From assembly GCA_046726415.1 (NCBI GenBank), contig JBKPAK010000040.1:1-20514 (forward strand): a stretch of 20,514 bases of DNA, in the 5' to 3' direction. Source of the DNA: Candidatus Methylomirabilota bacterium. Its GTDB lineage: Bacteria; Methylomirabilota; Methylomirabilia; Rokubacteriales; CSP1-6. Made by a program: the position numbers and the translations under genes. The notes beneath the pieces were generated by a model. That model made no database searches. It saw only the letters and a program-made list of their open reading frames with translations, and had not been told where the DNA came from. This document shows, piece after piece, positions 15,602 through 20,514 of the stretch. Positions within the stretch are counted from its first letter, which is position 1; each line of letters starts with the position of its first letter.

Positions 15602-18600
15602 TCAGGGCGTGGTGGCGCCTCTCCCCACCCCGAGTCGGCGGGCGAGCGCCGCCGCTTGCTCGGCTCGCTTCGACAGGCCGAGGTCCCGGAACATGCCCAC
15701 AGCTTCGGCGAGAGTCGCCTGGGCTTGGCCGCGATCGCCAAGCGCGTGGGCCACCTCGGCCAGGTCGAGCCGGGTCCGGGCCGCCTCCAGCCTCGCCTCC
15801 ATTGCTGTGAAGGCGGCCAGCGCATCCTCGAGGTGTCGCCGGGCCTCCTCCATCGCGCCGCGGTGCCGGGCCAGCCGCCCCCGTGTCCGCTCGGCCCATG
15901 CGAGAGCCCAGCGAGCCCTGCTCTCGCGGCTCATGGTGAGCGCGCGGGCGGCCACCTCATCGGCTCGGGCCAGGTCGCCGATGGCCAGGCATGCGTCGCC
16001 GAGGAGGGCCAGGACGCGCGCCGCCGACTGATGCATCCCGAAACGGATGAGCTGCTCCGAGGCCTCCTCCAGCGGCGCTCGCGCCGCTGCGGCATCGCCG
16101 CCCTCGAGGTAGGCGTACCCGAGGGTTTGGGACGCGGCGGCTCCGGCCACCGGGTCGCGCGAGAGCTCGCTCGCCCGGCGGCAGGCCTCGATCGCCGCGT
16201 CTCCGTCCCCGCGAGCGGCCAGAGCCCAGCCTCTGGCCGAGGCCGCCATGCTCCGGAGCCGGGCGTCGTCCATGGCATTCCCTATGGCCTCGGCCTCGCC
16301 GGCGGCCCGCAGCGCGGGCTCGACCTCGCCGAGCGAAATGTGATTCATGCCCAGCACCCAGTGGCTCAGTCCCAGCCAGAGCTCCTCGCCGGTCCCGGCG
16401 AGGAGCGCGATGGACTGGGTGGCGTGCTCGACACCCTGGCGGGGCTCCCCCGCCCAGTAGCTCTTGAGCGCGAGCACGTAGCGGGCCTCGCCCGCGATCG
16501 CCCGGTCGCCCCCACGGTCGGCGGCCTCGGCCGCGCACTCGGCTGCCGCTCCCGCCTCATGCACGTGGCCGAGATAATTGTGGGTCAACGCGAGCCGGAA
16601 GAAGTAGGGGCCCGCCAGCGACGGGTCCCGAAGGCTCTCCACCCATTCCCGGAGCGGGAGCAGCAGCTCCAGGATCTCGCGGAAGCGGGCGAGAACCGAG
16701 AGCACCCGGGCCTTCTCGAGGACGAGTTGAAGCCGCCGGCGCTCGCGATCGGGGCCGGGGAGGCGCCCGGTCTGCCCGAACGCCTGATCGAGCACCCGTA
16801 TGGCCTCCTCGAACGCGTATCGCAGGCGTGCGACCGTCGCCAGCTCGGCCAGGTACGTGGCGGCCTTGCCGGGGACGCCCGCCTGGGCGTAATGCTCGGC
16901 GAGCTGGTCGTACACCTCCTCGAGACGCCCGGCGTGAGTGATCTCGAGCGCCTCTCCCACCGCCGTGTGAAGGGCGGCCCGGCGTGGCGCCAGGAGTCCC
17001 TCGTACACGACGCGCCGGATGCGGTCGTGGGCAAGCTCAAAGCGCTCGCCCACCGCCGTCACGAGCCGCCGGCTCACGAGTTGCTCCAGCGCCTCAGCGG
17101 CGTCCGCCGGGCTCAGCCCGGCGGCCCGCTGGAGCAGTGGGAAAGCGCACTCGCGGCCCACGACCGCCGCCACCGCGGCGATCTGACGGGCGCGGTCGCC
17201 GAGCCGGTCGAGGGGGGCGGTGATCACCTCTCGCACCCGCTTCGGCAGCGCCACCGCCTCCGATCGGGCCGAAGGGTCGGGCAGCGCGTGCACGCATTCG
17301 ACAACGACGAAGGGATTGCCCTCGCTGAGGTCCCAGACCTGCTCGGCGGTACGGGAGAGCCACGGCTCGTCACTGCCGGCGCGGACCAGCGCCCGGACGA
17401 GGGCGTCGGAATCGCTGCGGGAGAGGGGACTCAGCTCGAGCGACAGGAGAGACCGCTCCGGGGCCAGCTCTTCCACCAGCCGCCGGAGTACCGGCGCTCC
17501 GGCCAGCTCCTCCTCGCGCGCGGTCGCGGCCAGCAGGACGCCGCGCGATGTCGCCCGCCTGGCGAGGAAGGACAGGAGGCGCAGGCTCATCTCGTCGGCC
17601 CAGTGCAGATCCTCGAGGATCACGACCAGCGGCTGCCGCTCGGCCAGCCGGCCGACCAGATCGAGCACGGCCTCGAACAGCCGCGTCGAGTTGTCGGCGC
17701 TCACCGGACTCACGGGCGAGGCGTCGCTCAGCTCGGGAAACAACCGCGACAGCTCGGCGCGCGATCCGGGGCTCAGCCGGTCGACCACCTCCCCATCGGC
17801 GAGGGCCTGGCCCGCGCGGAGCGCATCGATCCAGGGTTGAAAGGGGAGCAGCTGCTCGGACTCGTACGCCCGGCCCACCACGGCTCGCCCGCCGCACGCC
17901 ACCGCCTCCGCCGCGAGCACCTCCATCAGCCGGCTCTTCCCGATGCCGGCCTCACCCATCACCAGGACCAGCTGGCCGCGGCCCGACCACGCCTCACCGA
18001 GGGCGCGCTCCAGACGAGCCAGCTCCGCGTGCCGGCCGACCAGCGGCCTGTCCGGGCTTTCCCGGTGGGCTCGCACACTGAGCCGGCGAGCCTGAGGCCT
18101 CGGCGGCGCCGACGGCGCCTGGCGGGGCGCCGCCGGCTGCTGCTGGAGGATCTGCTGGTACAGCTCGCGCGTCTCGGGCTCGGGATCCACGCCCAGCTCC
18201 TTGCGGAGCACGGCGACGCACACCTGATACTGCTTGAGCGCGGCGGTGCGGCGGCCCTGCCGCACGTAGAGACGCATCAGGGCCCGCTGCACGCCCTCCT
18301 GTAGCGGGTCGAGGCTCAGCAGCCTGAGGGCCGTGCGGATGGCTGGCTCGGCCGGTCCGGCCGCGGACTGCTTCGCCAGCAGCTTCCCCAGTGCCTCCTG
18401 CGCAAGCTCGCGCATGCGCTCGCGCTCGGCGAGCAGCCAGTCCTCGAAGGGACCGGCATTGACGGTGAAGCCCTCCAGCAGATCGCCTCGATACAGCGCC
18501 GTTGCGCGCTCGAGGCTCTCCGCCGTCCCCTGGGCCACCAGCCACTCGAAGCTGGTCGCGTCCACCTCGACCGCGCCCGGATCGAGCGCCACGGTGTCGC

Positions 18601-18865
18601 CCTCCATCCGCAGCACGCCTTTCTTGACGGGGGCGAGCGCCTTCCGGAGATCGAACAGCGTCTGCCGGAGGCTCTGGCGGGCCTGTCTATCGTCGACGTC
18701 GGGCCAGAGGAGGGCCGTGAGTTTGTCGCGCACCTGCGGCTCTCCCGGGTGCGCTCCGAGATAAGCCAAGAGGGCCTGGCCCTTTCTCGAGGACAGCGCG
18801 ATGGGCCGATCGGACGGAGCCCGCACCTTGAAGCTTCCGAGGAGGGTGAGGACCAGCGCTGCCTT
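15602..18865 (-). CDS. SARP/AfsR-type STAND regulator (wHTH-BTAD-AAA ATPase-TPR); start uncertain (AAG at 18865 or GTG at 18826)
   Basis: Uninterrupted 1074-aa frame with RKGQALLAYL, DPLQEGVQRALM, GEAGIGKS, LEDLHWAD, SEGNPF and TPR-like repeats. Similarity to the paralogue extends 13 codons above the GTG. Confidence 0.9.
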   Translation of the reverse strand, partial: KAALVLTLLGSFKVRAPSDRPIALSSRKGQALLAYLGAHPGEPQVRDKLTALLWPDVDDRQARQSLRQTLFDLRKALAPVKKGVLRMEGDTVALDPGAVEVDATSFEWLVAQGTAESLERATALYRGDLLEGFTVNAGPFEDWLLAERERMRELAQEALGKLLAKQSAAGPAEPAIRTALRLLSLDPLQEGVQRALMRLYVRQGRRTAALKQYQVCVAVLRKELGVDPEPETRELYQQILQQQPAAPRQAPSAPPRPQARRLSVRAHRESPDRPLVGRHAELARLERALGEAWSGRGQLVLVMGEAGIGKSRLMEVLAAEAVACGGRAVVGRAYESEQLLPFQPWIDALRAGQALADGEVVDRLSPGSRAELSRLFPELSDASPVSPVSADNSTRLFEAVLDLVGRLAERQPLVVILEDLHWADEMSLRLLSFLARRATSRGVLLAATAREEELAGAPVLRRLVEELAPERSLLSLELSPLSRSDSDALVRALVRAGSDEPWLSRTAEQVWDLSEGNPFVVVECVHALPDPSARSEAVALPKRVREVITAPLDRLGDRARQIAAVAAVVGRECAFPLLQRAAGLSPADAAEALEQLVSRRLVTAVGERFELAHDRIRRVVYEGLLAPRRAALHTAVGEALEITHAGRLEEVYDQLAEHYAQAGVPGKAATYLAELATVARLRYAFEEAIRVLDQAFGQTGRLPGPDRERRRLQLVLEKARVLSVLARFREILELLLPLREWVESLRDPSLAGPYFFRLALTHNYLGHVHEAGAAAECAAEAADRGGDRAIAGEARYVLALKSYWAGEPRQGVEHATQSIALLAGTGEELWLGLSHWVLGMNHISLGEVEPALRAAGEAEAIGNAMDDARLRSMAASARGWALAARGDGDAAIEACRRASELSRDPVAGAAASQTLGYAYLEGGDAAAARAPLEEASEQLIRFGMHQSAARVLALLGDACLAIGDLARADEVAARALTMSRESRARWALAWAERTRGRLARHRGAMEEARRHLEDALAAFTAMEARLEAARTRLDLAEVAHALGDRGQAQATLAEAVGMFRDLGLSKRAEQAAALARRLGVGRGATTP

Positions 18866-18956
18866 CGATCCTGTCCGGCTATGCGTAAGCCGACGTTAGC
18901 AACGGCGCCTTGCCCCGGTCAAGGCCGACTTACCGACACGCCCGCCGGGGCGAATT

Positions 18957-19010
18957 TGACGCTGGAGTAACGGCTCGGCTGACGCCCGCATCACGCCGCG
19001 TTCGGATACT
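18957..19010 (+). promoter_or_regulatory. Four helically phased TnACG(C/G) direct repeats plus -10 box (SARP-type promoter)
   Basis: TGACGC 18957, TAACGG 18968, TGACGC 18980, TCACGC 18991 (11/12/11 spacing), then 8 bp, then GATACT 19005-19010. Confidence 0.6.
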
Positions 19011-19019
19011 CGATGCTCG

Positions 19020-19223
19020 ATGGGGAAGATGACGAGCCCGCGCCGGTCAGTGCCAGGCGGGATGAGGACCTTCATCGTGCGCGTATCGCCCGACGAGTCG
19101 GGCGAGTTGCAGGGGATCGTCGAGCGGGTGGCCACCGGCCTCAAGCAGCGCTTCCACGGGGCGGCCGAGATCGGCCGGATCATCCGGGAGGTCGTGGTGG
19201 CTGAGAAGGAGAGGACGGGATGA
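19020..19223 (+). CDS. Small hypothetical protein (start 19020, 19029 or 19062)
   Basis: TFIVRVSPDESGELQGIVERVATGLKQRFHGAAEIGRIIREVV looks like a compact beta3-alpha domain; ATGA overlap with the next gene. Confidence 0.7.
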   Translation: MGKMTSPRRSVPGGMRTFIVRVSPDESGELQGIVERVATGLKQRFHGAAEIGRIIREVVVAEKERTG

Positions 19224-20452
19224 GGACCCCTGGCCTCTCGCCCAAGGAGGGCATCATGAGCATGCGCCTCGTCAGAGCGATCGCGATCATCGAACTCACG
19301 CTCCTGGGGTGGATCGCCGCGCCGGGCTGGGCCCAGACCGGCCTGGTCGAGCCGCGCGCGGGAACGTGGAAGACCCACGTCCTCGCCTCGGGGAGCGAGC
19401 TGCGGCTCCCGCCCCCGCCGGACGCCGCGGCCACCCAGGCGGAGATGGGCGAGCTGCGAGCCCTCGCCGGCCAGCGCACGCCGGCCGCCCTGGTCCAGAT
19501 CAACTACTGGGATGCCGGATCACCGGGCTACCGGTGGAACGAGATTGCCATGTCGCAGGGACTCCGGCGCATCGGCAAGATCGGGGCTCACGGCAACTAC
19601 CGGATGATGGCCCTCCTGAACGTCGCCATCTACGACGCCACCATCGCCGCATGGGAGTCGAAGTACGCCCACAACCGCCGTCGGCCGGGCGAGATCGATC
19701 CGACGCTCACCACCGCCCTGCCCAGCCCGCGCTCGCCGTCTTATCCCTCGGCGCATGCGGCGGCGGCGGGGGCGGCTTCCGTGGTGCTCGCCTACGTGAT
19801 GCCCGACGACGCGCAGCTCTTCGCGGCCAAGGCCGAAGAGGCGGCTCGATCGCGGGTGCTAGCCGGCGCCGAGTTCCCGAGCGACGTCAAGGTCGGCCTC
19901 GCCCTGGGGCGCGCGGTGGGTGAGCGCGCGGTTGCTCGCGCGCGGAACGACGGCTTCGACGCCTCCTGGACGGGAACCGTCCCGGCGGAGCCGGGCAAGT
20001 GGACGGGGACGAACCCGAACTTCCCGATGGCGGGGACGTGGAAGACGTGGATCGCCCGGTGGGACGGCAAGTCGAGCATTCCGGACCCGCCCGCCTGGAA
20101 CGGTCCCGAGATGGCCAAGGCGGTTGCCGAGATGAAGGCCTTCAAGCCCACGGGGCAGCCGAACGGGACCTTCTGGCCCGACGACCCCGCGGGCCGTCCC
20201 GCGCCCGACCAGGGTCCGAAGGCGACGGATCAGATCGCCTATCACTACGCGAAGCTGAACCACCTCCTCTGGGCACCGCAGCTCTCCCAGAAGATCTTCG
20301 AGTACCGGTGGGATCAGAACCCGCCGCGGGCCGCCCGCGCCTATGCCCTCACCAGCATCGCCTCCTACGACACCCTTATACTTCCGGCCGTCCTGGGAGG
20401 AGTAGCAGAGGAGAGAACACTCTCCTGCTGCCCCAGGCCGACGGGGTATTAG
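19220..20452 (+). pseudogene. Secreted two-domain PAP2 / vanadium-haloperoxidase-like protein, truncated early in domain 2
   Basis: Signal peptide ...GWA-Q. Domain 1 motifs KYAHNRRRP, PSYPSAH, SRVLAGAEFPSD. Domain 2 begins NPPRAARAYAL...SYD and is then replaced by unrelated sequence after ~20373-20380. Confidence 0.8.
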
Positions 20453-20514
20453 GGAGGGGCGGCCAAGCGTGACGGCCAAGGGCTTGCTGACCAGAGGACC
20501 TTACGACACGGAGC
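20374..20514. mobile_element. Candidate inserted element end (IS110-like non-coding left end, or small TIR-less insertion)
   Basis: Abrupt loss of protein similarity; CT followed by TATACT at the junction; ~80-nt hairpin; internal copy of flanking TACGACAC. No transposase in the window. Confidence 0.45.

Noticed and set aside
15527-18304. 925-aa plus-strand ORF
   Set aside because: Antisense shadow of the BTAD regulator; no motifs, and long shadow ORFs are expected at this GC content.
20374-20514. Group II intron as the interrupting element
   Set aside because: No GUGYG 5' end on + and no domain V/VI signature on - at the junction.
1-20514. CRISPR array, tRNA/rRNA, integron, or a coherent biosynthetic cluster (P450 + dirigent + haloperoxidase + SARP)
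   Set aside because: No regularly spaced repeats, RNA-gene signatures, attC-like sites or integrase seen. No scaffold-forming synthase, and the enzymes are scattered among unrelated remnants.

Overview
A very GC-rich bacterial accessory region. The gene style (Tat-exported family-5 substrate-binding protein without ATPases, paired BTAD/AAA regulators, two-domain PAP2/haloperoxidase) resembles Candidatus Rokubacteria or similar soil lineages; this is inference only. Apparently intact genes: 5'-partial cytochrome P450, an AbrB-PIN (VapBC-type) pair whose toxin seems to start at CTG, a Tat cyclase/amidohydrolase, a Tat dirigent/AOC-like barrel protein, an InhA-like DJ-1/PfpI protein, YciI, an unannotated 59-aa CxxC...HxxC microprotein, a peptide/nickel ABC SBP with two permeases, an orphan HicA-like toxin, a VOC protein and a small hypothetical protein. 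Positions 2.0-6.0 kb hold a dense mosaic of gene remnants (Zn-ADH, DJ-1, rhodanese, VOC, two decayed toxin-antitoxin pairs) and a diverged ~230-bp direct repeat. Both large SARP-type STAND regulators look damaged: one has two frameshifts, the other an apparent ATG>AAG start loss. SARP-like 11-bp-phased repeats precede the divergent operon. At the right edge the PAP2/haloperoxidase gene is cut by a highly structured non-coding sequence carrying an internal 8-nt copy of its own insertion flank. This is a candidate IS110-type (bridge-RNA) left end or a small TIR-less insertion.
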